Source: a virus
Lineage: Duplodnaviria; Caudoviricetes
Virus record (IMG/VR): IMGVR_UViG_3300021964_000077
Location: 1 to 57,237 of that record
Length of the DNA stretch: 57,237 nt
Reading direction: 5' to 3' (one strand)
Shown here: positions 27,617 through 36,741 of the stretch, piece after piece
Layout of the letters: each line of letters opens with the position of its first letter
How positions within the stretch are numbered: the first letter of the stretch is position 1
Made by a program: the position numbers and the translations under genes
The notes under the pieces: model-generated
Seen by the model: the letters and a program-made list of their open reading frames with translations, nothing else
Told to the model about the DNA's origin: nothing
The model's database searches: none

Positions 27617-28868
27617 TGTAGGACCAAATACAAAAGGAGAAGAGAATCTAGTCTTTGGCTATGATTTATCGGATAACTATAACTCGTATATAGGAGAACC
27701 TGCTACGAATTCTCAAGCTTATAGCCATTCTGCTATGACTCAAGCAGGGTTTGATGCCTGGGGATGTTACGATGGTAATAACAGCTCCCCTGCTTACCAC
27801 TCCTGGGGTAACGCACAATCTAAAACTCTAGTCAGTATAACAGGTCCTAACGGTAAATATGTTAACGCAATGTTATACCATAATTTTACTGGAGGCTTTC
27901 ACGGACCTACAAACTGGAGTGGAGTAGCTGCTTCTTTGTTAACTAATGGTAGTAAGATAACTGTGCAAGGATGGGTAAAAGCAGCAGACGCAGCAAGTGT
28001 TGGAAAAACAGTAACACCGTATTTGTATTATAGTAAAGTTGGAGGAGGGTCTTATAGCACCGGTACTGGTTATACACTAACAGCAAACTGGCAGCTAGTC
28101 TCACATTCCTACACGGTACCTGAAGGCTCTACAGGAACAGGTACAATGTACTTTTTTACAAGCGGTGGTACAGATATTAAAATGTATTTAACAAATACAG
28201 CGATTGTAGGAGGAAAGCTCCATGCTGTACAATGGCTTCCAGGAGGAACAACAAGATCAGCCACCCAAGGCTTACTAGATCTCACAGGCAATTCAACAAT
28301 CGATCTATCAAACGTATCATTTGACAGTAATGCACAAATGACTTTTGATGGTACGAGTGACTATGCAACAATTCCACATAACACAGTAATGCGAGATACA
28401 GAAACACTTGCCATAGAGACTGTATTTCAAGTATACTCCCAGTTTGGATATTATGGAGGAATTATAGGAAAAGGTACAAGTGATACAGATGAAGAATATT
28501 TCTTAGGAATACAACCTAGCGGTAATAGGATTTATTTTGATGTAGGTATAGGAAGCGGACCTTACGTAAATGCTGTACAAACTATCAACTCTAATCAATA
28601 CTACCATGTAGTAGCAATGCATCAGAGAATAGGAAGTACATCAGTATGCTCTATTTACGTTAACGGAGAATTTGCATCTAACACAACATCAGGCGCAACA
28701 AATAGTGTCAATACTAATACAACTGATATCACAGTAGGAGCTAGGTGGAGTAATGGAAGTAGCTCTTTCAACGGAGCTATACCTCTATTGAAGATGTATA
28801 ACAGAATACTATCAGCCGAAGAGATCAAATCAAACTTTAACGCCATCAAAGGCAGATTCGGGATTTAA
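27606..28868 (+). CDS. LamG/concanavalin A-like lectin protein with an inserted carbohydrate-binding-like domain
   Basis: FDGTSDY, YYHVV, IYVNG and FNGAI..LKMYNRILSAEEIKSNFNA LamG signature. Confidence 0.8.
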   Translation: MPTSVGPNTKGEENLVFGYDLSDNYNSYIGEPATNSQAYSHSAMTQAGFDAWGCYDGNNSSPAYHSWGNAQSKTLVSITGPNGKYVNAMLYHNFTGGFHGPTNWSGVAASLLTNGSKITVQGWVKAADAASVGKTVTPYLYYSKVGGGSYSTGTGYTLTANWQLVSHSYTVPEGSTGTGTMYFFTSGGTDIKMYLTNTAIVGGKLHAVQWLPGGTTRSATQGLLDLTGNSTIDLSNVSFDSNAQMTFDGTSDYATIPHNTVMRDTETLAIETVFQVYSQFGYYGGIIGKGTSDTDEEYFLGIQPSGNRIYFDVGIGSGPYVNAVQTINSNQYYHVVAMHQRIGSTSVCSIYVNGEFASNTTSGATNSVNTNTTDITVGARWSNGSSSFNGAIPLLKMYNRILSAEEIKSNFNAIKGRFGI

Positions 28869-28879
28869 CATTTATAGTT

Positions 28880-29623
28880 ATGTCATTACACCATAATCCT
28901 AGAATAACCACAAACGGGCTTATAACTGCCTTAGATGCTGCAGATCCAAATTCATACCCAGGATCCGGAACTACATGGTACGATATGTCAGGTAATGGCA
29001 ATCACGGCTATATCTCAAGCGGAGAGTTTGTAGCTGGGGACAAATACCTAAGGAATTTAAACAATACCTCAAATTTCTTCACTGTAACTGTAAATCATTC
29101 TTCTGTAATTAACGATGCTTTTACTACAATTACCGGTGGATGGACAATAGAAGAAGTTATCTGGACTAACTCAACCACATACCCAGAAGCAGACGGAGGC
29201 TCAGTAGTAAGTAGTAACGCATATAGTTCTGGTCAAACTGGTTTTGACTGGAATCACGGACAAGGATCTTTATCTAGCTTTCAGTTTGGTATGAGCAGTA
29301 ACTCAGGCGGTTCTTATGAAGATCGTGTTTACATTTCTACCGGTAACTATAATTCATTAAATACCTGGAGAGTAAGAACAATGATATGGGATAGAGGAGC
29401 AGACCAGGTAAAGCTCCATATGAATGGAGAGTACATGGGAGCACAGAGTATACCCAATACATCTGGAACTTCTATCTATGATGGAGGTGGAATACTTTTT
29501 GGAAGCCTGTACGGATGGAAGCATTACGGAAGACGTGCAAGTATAAAAATATACAACAGAGTATTAACAGCCAAAGAGGTCAAATCAAACTTTAACGCCA
29601 TCAAAGGCAGATTTAATATTTAG
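28880..29623 (+). CDS. LamG/concanavalin A-like lectin protein
   Basis: GLITALDAADPNSYPGSGTTWYDMSGNGNHG start; KIYNRVLTAKEVKSNFNA end. Confidence 0.8.
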   Translation: MSLHHNPRITTNGLITALDAADPNSYPGSGTTWYDMSGNGNHGYISSGEFVAGDKYLRNLNNTSNFFTVTVNHSSVINDAFTTITGGWTIEEVIWTNSTTYPEADGGSVVSSNAYSSGQTGFDWNHGQGSLSSFQFGMSSNSGGSYEDRVYISTGNYNSLNTWRVRTMIWDRGADQVKLHMNGEYMGAQSIPNTSGTSIYDGGGILFGSLYGWKHYGRRASIKIYNRVLTAKEVKSNFNAIKGRFNI

Positions 29624-29629
29624 TAAGTT

Positions 29630-30814
29630 ATGGCAGTAAGACACGGATACGGAAAGATAGCAGGTGCTGATGCATTAGTATTTGCATACGATACTGGAGA
29701 TACTAGAAATAGTTATAGGGGTGAGCCTACTGAGAATCTAGTATACACTAACTCAAATGTTTATACATTAGGTGCGTCTACTTTTCCTATTGATCCACCA
29801 GTCAAAGAAGTTTTCAACGGCAGTACTCAAGCTAATTTAAGTTGGACAGATCACTTAAGATGGTATAACGAAACAATTCCTTCTGGAACTACAATTACTA
29901 TTTCCGGGTGGTACATGGTCTACCATATAAATCCTACTACAGCATGGCAAAGTAGCGCTAGATTAATTATATATTCTTCTGCAGGATATGGAGGTACAGT
30001 ATGTAATCCTGGAGCTTGGAATACTTGGAAATATTTTGAAGTAACTTATACTGTACCCTCTGACACAACTAGTTTTAGACTAGAAGATGCTGGGTATGAC
30101 TATTATAATGACGCAGATAAAACCAATACAACAGCTTATGGATGTAATTATCAGCTTGAACTAAAGTCTCACGCTACTCAATTTGTAAACGGAACAAGAT
30201 CAGCCACAGAAGGATTAAAAGATTTGACAGGAAATACTTCTGTTGATTTATCTAACGTATCATTTGATTCTGATGCAATAATGACTTTCGACGGTACAGA
30301 TGATTATATGAGCATTGCATCCTCTAATACTATTACAGATTACTCACAACCTTTTACAATGGAAACCATCTTTAAGGTAGACACAAATGCTACCTGGGAT
30401 AACGGGTACAGAAGTAATATATTTAGTATAGCAGGCTCGTATGGAGGAATGTACGGTTTATTTAAGTACAACAACACAGATGTGGGTATTCAGTTGAGAG
30501 ATGGAGATAGCACAACCTACGCAGTAGCTACAAACCTATCCAAAGGAGGATATTACCATTTAGTAGGAACTAGTAACGGATTAGGTACAGTCTCTTTATA
30601 TTTAAATGGAGTATTAACACAAGACAACGTAGGAACATTAACAGGCGCTCCTGACTCTCAAGGCCTATTCATAGGAGGATCTAGGGCGTTTGGTGGAGCT
30701 TACGGTAATCACTATCAAGGAGAAATACCAGTAGCTAAATATTACAACAGAGCACTCACAGCCGCAGAAGTGAAAAACAATTTTAACAATTATAAATCAA
30801 GATTTAACTTATAA
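29630..30814 (+). CDS. LamG/concanavalin A-like lectin protein, paralogue of 27606-28868
   Basis: TRSATEGLKDLTGN...SNVSFDS...FDGTDDY; YYNRALTAAEVKNNFN. Confidence 0.8.
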   Translation: MAVRHGYGKIAGADALVFAYDTGDTRNSYRGEPTENLVYTNSNVYTLGASTFPIDPPVKEVFNGSTQANLSWTDHLRWYNETIPSGTTITISGWYMVYHINPTTAWQSSARLIIYSSAGYGGTVCNPGAWNTWKYFEVTYTVPSDTTSFRLEDAGYDYYNDADKTNTTAYGCNYQLELKSHATQFVNGTRSATEGLKDLTGNTSVDLSNVSFDSDAIMTFDGTDDYMSIASSNTITDYSQPFTMETIFKVDTNATWDNGYRSNIFSIAGSYGGMYGLFKYNNTDVGIQLRDGDSTTYAVATNLSKGGYYHLVGTSNGLGTVSLYLNGVLTQDNVGTLTGAPDSQGLFIGGSRAFGGAYGNHYQGEIPVAKYYNRALTAAEVKNNFNNYKSRFNL

Positions 30815-30815
30815 A

Positions 30816-30846
30816 AGTTGACGTTCTAAGAAAAGGTTCTTATATT
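30816..30846 (+). promoter_or_regulatory. RGTTG-N16-TTCRTATATT-type promoter
   Basis: AGTTG-N16-TTCTTATATT just upstream of the ATG at 30854. Confidence 0.7.
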
Positions 30847-30853
30847 AAAGTTT

Positions 30854-31840
30854 ATGCTAGTAAAGAAAGTTTTAGATAACGGAGGCATGATTAAGCCTCT
30901 TTTAGTTCCGAGTAATCTTACCGAAGGTACCGGGTTATGCAACCCATCTATATTAGTAGATGGAGATAAGATACTGGTTAACATACGTCATGTAAAGTAC
31001 AACCTATATCATTCAGAGTTTAAACAAAAGTTTCCTTCTCGCTGGGGACCTCTAAGCTACTTACATCCAGAAGACGATTTAACCTTGCGAACAGTTAATT
31101 ACTTTGGCGAGTTAGATGAGAATCTAGATCAGAAGTGGGTATCTGCTATTGACACATCTAAACTAGATGTAGAACCTATCTGGACATTTATCGGATTAGA
31201 AGATGGTCGATTAGTCAAATGGAATGATAAGATCTATCTAATCGGAGTACGTAGGGATACTACAGATAATGGAGAAGGTAGAATGGAATTCTCTGAATTA
31301 GATATTAAAGGTACTGAAGTAAAAGAAGTTACTCGTACTAGAATAGAACCGCCAGAATGGTCATATTGCGAGAAGAACTGGATGCCTATCTTAGATACTC
31401 CTAACCAGTTCGTTAAATGGTGCTCCCCTACAGAAGTAGTCGAAGCTAATCTAGAAGATAAGACCTCTTCCTCAGTTGCATTAGAACCTCACGAACACAA
31501 ACTACCAAGAGACCTTAGAGGAGGTTCTCAGGTAATAAAGGTAGGTAAGTATTATTTTACGATTACTCATGAAGTAGACCTCTGGCACAACGAAGCTGAT
31601 CAAAAAGATGCCCAATACTACCATAGAGCAGTATTATGGAACGAAGACTGGGAGATGGTAAAAGTTGGAAAAGAGTTTAAGTTTATGGACGGCTATATTG
31701 AATTCTGTACAGGTATAGCAGAACTTGGCGATGACTTCCTAATCACCTTCGGATTCCAGGATAATGCTGCTTATGTGTTAAGAGCTAATAAAGAAACAGT
31801 TTTAAATTACGTATTTGATGGACAAACTATTGAACAATAA
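30854..31840 (+). CDS. Five-bladed beta-propeller glycosidase/phosphorylase-like protein (GH43/GH130-like)
   Basis: CNPSI, GLEDGRL, EKNWMP, LRGGSQ, IEFCTG and FGFQD motifs. Confidence 0.65.
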   Translation: MLVKKVLDNGGMIKPLLVPSNLTEGTGLCNPSILVDGDKILVNIRHVKYNLYHSEFKQKFPSRWGPLSYLHPEDDLTLRTVNYFGELDENLDQKWVSAIDTSKLDVEPIWTFIGLEDGRLVKWNDKIYLIGVRRDTTDNGEGRMEFSELDIKGTEVKEVTRTRIEPPEWSYCEKNWMPILDTPNQFVKWCSPTEVVEANLEDKTSSSVALEPHEHKLPRDLRGGSQVIKVGKYYFTITHEVDLWHNEADQKDAQYYHRAVLWNEDWEMVKVGKEFKFMDGYIEFCTGIAELGDDFLITFGFQDNAAYVLRANKETVLNYVFDGQTIEQ

Positions 31841-32369
31841 GTTACTAGCTTACGCTAATAACCCTCAAGACGCCTTTGTAAACTTTGAACTAGGAGTCCG
31901 TTATATGCAATTAGGACAGAGAGCATCCGCAATCTCATATATCTTAAGAGCAGCAGAATTAACTGACGATAATGATCTAGCGTATACCTGTCTTTTACTT
32001 AACTACGAAAACTTAAACGTTCAAGTGGGTCGTTCACATTCAGCTAAAGGTCAACTTCTGCATGCGATAACGCTACAACCTAACCGCCCAGAGGCTTATT
32101 ATATGTTAAGTTTGTATTTTGAAATAAAACAGCAATGGCAGGAAGCCTATACAGTCGCTTCTATTGCAGAGACATTAAAACCAGGTACGACTTACGCAGA
32201 GGTTAATTATCCTGGAGAGTACGGACCTATGTTACAGAAAGCAATCACAGGATGGTATCTAGGATACGGTCAAGAATCTAGACGTTTATTTAGAGAGTTG
32301 ATTGAAGATACTACTGTTCGAACAGATCACCGAAGAGTTATTGAAAATAATATAAAAAACCTTGGGTAG
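31818..32369 (+). CDS. TPR-repeat protein
   Basis: Helical TPR patterns (FELGVRYMQLGQRASA; AITLQPNRPEAYYMLS..F...QQWQEAY). Confidence 0.7.
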   Translation: MDKLLNNKLLAYANNPQDAFVNFELGVRYMQLGQRASAISYILRAAELTDDNDLAYTCLLLNYENLNVQVGRSHSAKGQLLHAITLQPNRPEAYYMLSLYFEIKQQWQEAYTVASIAETLKPGTTYAEVNYPGEYGPMLQKAITGWYLGYGQESRRLFRELIEDTTVRTDHRRVIENNIKNLG

Positions 32370-32370
32370 A

Positions 32371-32401
32371 AGTTGCTCAATTGAGAAACTATTCATATAT
32401 T
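32371..32401 (+). promoter_or_regulatory. RGTTG-N16-TTCRTATATT-type promoter
   Basis: AGTTG-N16-TTCATATATT. Confidence 0.7.
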
Positions 32402-32438
32402 AATATAATAATTAACAAAACAGTTAAATTTTAATTAG

Positions 32439-32714
32439 ATGGCAAATCAGAAGATGACACCAGAAGAGCTCGGAACGATCCGCGCTTTACAAGAAGGTAA
32501 TCAATCAGTTATCCGTGAACTAGGAGAAATTGAAGTGATCCGATTAAATTTAGATGCTCGTAGAGCTAACGCTCTTCAGACAATGGAGAATTTAAAAACA
32601 CAGGAAACAGATCTTGGAAAAGAGCTTTCTGAGAAGTATGGTGACGGTACCGTAGATTTAGGTACTGGGGAATTTATTCCTAACGAACCACAAGAAGAAA
32701 TTACAGTAGAATAA
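32439..32714 (+). CDS. Small coiled-coil hypothetical protein (possible fibre-assembly chaperone)
   Basis: 91 aa with heptad pattern, ending KYGDGTVDLGTGEF. Confidence 0.6.
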   Translation: MANQKMTPEELGTIRALQEGNQSVIRELGEIEVIRLNLDARRANALQTMENLKTQETDLGKELSEKYGDGTVDLGTGEFIPNEPQEEITVE

Positions 32715-32740
32715 TTATTTAGTAGTTTCTATTAGAACAG

Positions 32741-32762
32741 AGAGGGTTTCGGCCCTCTTTTT
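32741..32762 (+). terminator. Intrinsic terminator
   Basis: AGAGGGT-TTCG-GCCCTCT followed by a T run. Confidence 0.85.
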
Positions 32763-32866
32763 CTATTTATATAAGAGGATTTACATTTCCCCAATAGACA
32801 ATTTCCGATAGGTTTTTTGTATATTAGTGACATATTTATATAAAGACTAATTAACCTTCAACTAAG

Positions 32867-34594
32867 ATGGCTGAAAGAATTTTATCACCGGGTGTATTCT
32901 CAAGAGAGAATGACCTATCATTTTTAACACCAGCTCCAGCTGAGATCTCTACAGCAGTAGTAGGTCCAGCGGTAAAAGGACCTATCGACATTCCTACGGT
33001 AGTACGTTCTTACGGAGAATACAAAAACGTTTTCGGAGAAACTTTCCTATCAGGAAGTGACTACTACGTACACTTTACTGCAATGGCAGCAGAAAGATAC
33101 TTCGACCAAGGCGGTTCATCACTGCTCGTAACAAGAGTATCGGGTGATAGCTTTACCGCTGCATCTGCTACAGTAGCTAACGATACATTAAGTAACGACT
33201 TATTCAAACTCGTGACCTTAGCAGAAGGCGAGATCATGAACAATAACGGCGGTACTGGAACTAACAACGCTTTAACAGACGGTACAGTAGATAACATCAG
33301 ATGGGAGATCACTTCAGTAAATGCTGTATTGGGAACTTTCTCACTCGTTATCAGAAGAGGTGATGACAATGATAAGAACAAAGTCATCTTAGAATCTTTC
33401 TCTAAGTTGTCATTAGATCCTAAATCAGAGAACTACATCAACAAAGTAATTGGTGACCAGGTAGAGAGTAACTCTAACGGCGTAATTACAATGACTGGTG
33501 ATTATCCAAACAGATCTAGATACGTAAGAGCGGCAGCCATCTATAAAATGCCAGACTACTTCGACAACAACGGAGTAGCTAAAACAGCTTACTCAACAGT
33601 ATTAGCAGATCTATCAGCTACAGACGGAGCATTCTCAGGAGCAACAGGAGCATTATTCCAAACAGGAGTGGCAGCTTCTTTCTATCAAGATGCACCACAC
33701 CCAAGCTCTGAAGACAGCCAAGGTATTGATGTAAGTCTTACAAGCACTGCTTACAGCAACGCTCTTGCAGCATTAGCTAATAAAGACCAATTTAGATTTA
33801 ACGTATTGATGACTCCCGGTATCAACCAAGACCTTAACGGAGCACTTGTTGGTTCATTCATTGATATGGTTGAAGATAGAGGAGATGCAATCTACGTTGC
33901 CGACTTAGTGGGTCACGGTGCTCCTTCAGTATCAACAGTAACTGCTGAAGCAGGATATGCTAATTCATCTTACGCTGCTGCTTACTGGCCATGGGTTAAA
34001 GTATACAGCCAAGGATTAGGAAAAGATGTATGGGCTCCTGCTTCTACAGTAATGGGAGGTGTTTACGCCTTCAACGATAGAGTAGGCGCTGAATGGTTCG
34101 CACCTGCAGGTCTTATGAGAGGTGGTATTCCTGGAGTAACTGCTGCAGAAAGAAAACTTTCACAAGCCAATAGAGATGAGCTTTACTTAGGTAAGGTTAA
34201 CCCAATCGCTACATTCCCAGGTTCTGGTATCGTAGCATACGGACAAAAGACATTACAAACTAAAGCTTCTGCACTTGATAGAGTAAACGTTAGAAGACTT
34301 CTTATTAGTCTTAAGAACTTCATCGGCGATCAAGCAAACAACTTAGTATTCGAGCAGAATACAATTGCTACTCGTAACAAGTTCTTGAGCTTAGTCAACC
34401 CATATCTTGAAACTGTAGTACAGAGACAAGGTTTATACGCTTACAGAGTAGTAATGGACGACACCAACAACTCTGCTGATGTTATCGACAGAAACCAATT
34501 GGTAGGTCAGATTTACATCCAACCAACTAAAACTGCTGAATTCATCGTTCTTGACTTTGTTGTACAACCAACAGGTGCAAGTTTTGGAGCGTAA
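32867..34594 (+). CDS. gp18: Tail sheath protein (gp18-like)
   Basis: SPGVFSREND, GPAVKGP, YWPWV, WFAPAGLMRG, VNPI, GQKTL, RVNVRRL, VFEQN, IQPTKTAEFI. Confidence 0.95.
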   Translation: MAERILSPGVFSRENDLSFLTPAPAEISTAVVGPAVKGPIDIPTVVRSYGEYKNVFGETFLSGSDYYVHFTAMAAERYFDQGGSSLLVTRVSGDSFTAASATVANDTLSNDLFKLVTLAEGEIMNNNGGTGTNNALTDGTVDNIRWEITSVNAVLGTFSLVIRRGDDNDKNKVILESFSKLSLDPKSENYINKVIGDQVESNSNGVITMTGDYPNRSRYVRAAAIYKMPDYFDNNGVAKTAYSTVLADLSATDGAFSGATGALFQTGVAASFYQDAPHPSSEDSQGIDVSLTSTAYSNALAALANKDQFRFNVLMTPGINQDLNGALVGSFIDMVEDRGDAIYVADLVGHGAPSVSTVTAEAGYANSSYAAAYWPWVKVYSQGLGKDVWAPASTVMGGVYAFNDRVGAEWFAPAGLMRGGIPGVTAAERKLSQANRDELYLGKVNPIATFPGSGIVAYGQKTLQTKASALDRVNVRRLLISLKNFIGDQANNLVFEQNTIATRNKFLSLVNPYLETVVQRQGLYAYRVVMDDTNNSADVIDRNQLVGQIYIQPTKTAEFIVLDFVVQPTGASFGA

Positions 34595-34623
34595 CTATTT
34601 ATAATAAAGTAAACTAAAGTAAC

Positions 34624-35109
34624 ATGCCAGTACTAGATCCAAATGAAATCATGTTTACCGCCTTCGAACCGAAGGTAGCTAACAGGTTTATTATGTACAT
34701 CGATGGAATTCCATCATACATGGTTAAGAGCGCATCATCTCCATCTTTCACAGATAATGTAATCAAACTCGACCATATCAACAGCTACAGAAAGCTACGC
34801 GGTAAGAGAGAGTGGCAAAACATGACACTCAGCTTATACGATCCAATCACTCCTTCTGGCGCACAAGCTGTAATGGACTGGGCTAGATTGGGCTACGAGT
34901 CAGTAACGGGTAGAGCTGGATACTCAGATTTTTATAAAAAAGACGTAACGTTAAACATCTTAGGTCCTGTCGGCGATATCGTCGGTGAGTGGATCATCAA
35001 AGGTGCATTCGTAGCTTCTTCAAACTTCGGTCAATACAACTGGTCAACTGATGAAGCAATTAACGTTGAATTACAACTCGCAATGGATTATTGCGTACTA
35101 AACTTCTAA
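34624..35109 (+). CDS. gp19: Tail tube protein (gp19-like)
   Basis: Follows the sheath gene; EPKVANRF, GKREWQNMTLSLYDP, YKKD and EWIIKGAF patterns. Confidence 0.85.
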   Translation: MPVLDPNEIMFTAFEPKVANRFIMYIDGIPSYMVKSASSPSFTDNVIKLDHINSYRKLRGKREWQNMTLSLYDPITPSGAQAVMDWARLGYESVTGRAGYSDFYKKDVTLNILGPVGDIVGEWIIKGAFVASSNFGQYNWSTDEAINVELQLAMDYCVLNF

Positions 35110-35116
35110 TTAAGTT

Positions 35117-35596
35117 ATGGATAATTTTGATTTAAGAAAATTTTTAGCAGAAAGTAAGCAGCCAATCCAAGAAATGGAAGCTGTTGAAGAGACAATCGAA
35201 GAGACTGCTGCAGAAGCAATGGAAGAGATTGTTGCAGAGTATGTAACAGAAGCTCTAGGCTGTTCTGATATGAAAGAAGTAGCTAACATCATCGAAGGTC
35301 GTTGTAACAGAGCAGCGATGGAAATGAAGATGGAAACTATTGCTGAAGTATTAGATGCTTACGAAGGTAGATTAGCAGAGATTAAAGGCAGTCAGTACTT
35401 TAAGGAAATGGCTGACGAAGCTAAAGTAGGTACTCAAGAAGGTATGATTAAAGAACTTCACGAGATGGCAATGTCTATCAAGGAAGAGTACAAAAAAGCT
35501 TACATGCCAGAAGAAATGAAAGAAGAGGAGAAAGTAGAAGAGAAAAAAGCTCCTAAAAAAGAGAAGGAAGATAAGGAAGAGAAAGAAGAAAAATAA
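35117..35596 (+). CDS. Acidic hypothetical protein, possible internal head protein
   Basis: N-terminal MDNFDLRKFLAE leader; Glu/Lys-rich. Confidence 0.6.
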   Translation: MDNFDLRKFLAESKQPIQEMEAVEETIEETAAEAMEEIVAEYVTEALGCSDMKEVANIIEGRCNRAAMEMKMETIAEVLDAYEGRLAEIKGSQYFKEMADEAKVGTQEGMIKELHEMAMSIKEEYKKAYMPEEMKEEEKVEEKKAPKKEKEDKEEKEEK

Positions 35597-35616
35597 ACCT
35601 CGCCCTGTCAAGCAAT

Positions 35617-35655
35617 AAAAAACCCGGATCTTAGTTGGTTCGGGTTTTCTTTTTT
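35617..35655 (+). terminator. Intrinsic terminator (possibly bidirectional)
   Basis: AAAACCCGGATC...GGTTCGGGTTTT followed by CTTTTTT. Confidence 0.75.
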
Positions 35656-35696
35656 CATATATTTATATATAAATTGAGTTACAACTAATTAAGTAT

Positions 35697-36437
35697 ATGG
35701 AATCAAAGTACAAATTACCTACCGAACAGGTAGATCTACCATCAAAAGGACTTCTATACCCAGAAGATCATCCATTAGCCAGCGGTACAATTGAAATGAA
35801 ATACATGACCGCTAAGGAAGAAGATATCTTAACCAATCAGAACTATATTACAAAAGGTACGGTTATTGATAAGCTCTTACAGTCCTTAATTGTTACTGAT
35901 GTAAATTATGATGAGATCTTAATCGGCGATAAGAATGCTATTATGATTGCTGCTCGTATACTATCTTACGGTAAAGAGTATGTATTTAACTACAACGGAG
36001 TAGAGCAAACAGCAGATCTCTCTACATTTGAGCATAAGGTAATCGACGAAAGTGAATATACTAGAGGTCAGAATGAATTCTCCTTTCAACTTCCTAATAC
36101 AGATAACTTAGTTACTTTTAAACTACTCACACACGGTGATGAGAAGAAGATTGAACAAGAAGTAAAAGGCCTTCAAAAGATTAATAAAGATAATATTGCA
36201 GAAGCGACCACTCGCCTAAAGTACTTACTTACATCTATCAACGGATCTGCAGAAAGAAAAGATGTTAGGGAGTTTGTAGATTACGGACTATTAGCCAGAG
36301 ATGCAAGAGCGTTGAGAGAAGAGTACAATAGAGTATCACCAGATGTCGACCTTACATACGAGTATGAAGACTATAACGGAGTAGAGCAGGAGGCTACTCT
36401 GCCGATTGGAATCAACTTTTTTTGGCCTGACGCCTGA
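35697..36437 (+). CDS. Baseplate hub assembly/tail chaperone (T4 gp26-like)
   Basis: VDLPSKGLLYP, MKYMTAKEEDIL, GDKNAIMIAARILSYG, FKLLTHGDE; C-terminal NFFWP. Confidence 0.8.
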   Translation: MESKYKLPTEQVDLPSKGLLYPEDHPLASGTIEMKYMTAKEEDILTNQNYITKGTVIDKLLQSLIVTDVNYDEILIGDKNAIMIAARILSYGKEYVFNYNGVEQTADLSTFEHKVIDESEYTRGQNEFSFQLPNTDNLVTFKLLTHGDEKKIEQEVKGLQKINKDNIAEATTRLKYLLTSINGSAERKDVREFVDYGLLARDARALREEYNRVSPDVDLTYEYEDYNGVEQEATLPIGINFFWPDA

Positions 36438-36711
36438 GTATAGAACTCTACTCTTCCAGCAGATACATGAAATCTGCTTTCACGGCCAAGGCGGTTATGA
36501 CTGGCATACAGTCTACAACATGCCTATATGGCTAAGAAGGTACACTTCACAGACCATCCGTGAATTCTACGAAAAACAAGCTGAAGCTCAAAAAGAAGCT
36601 ATGGAGAAATCTCAAGGTATTGAAAGAGCTCAACCAAGTACTTCTTCAGTAAGTATTCCAGATGCAGTAAAAAAAGCAAGTTACACAACAAAAGCGTCTA
36701 AAAAACAGTAA
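36406..36711 (+). CDS. Tail-assembly chaperone C-part (gp51-like), probably expressed by frameshift from the upstream gene
   Basis: YDWHTVYNMPIWLRR motif; only a TTG start, inside the upstream gene; overlap spans a T7 run; immediately before the tape measure. Confidence 0.65.
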   Translation: MESTFFGLTPEYRTLLFQQIHEICFHGQGGYDWHTVYNMPIWLRRYTSQTIREFYEKQAEAQKEAMEKSQGIERAQPSTSSVSIPDAVKKASYTTKASKKQ

Positions 36712-36741
36712 TAAACTATTTATTACTATACCTATGTAACT

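Noticed and set aside
27606-30814. Diversity-generating retroelement acting on the lectin genes
   Set aside because: No reverse transcriptase in the window, and the shared patches are identical rather than differing at adenines.
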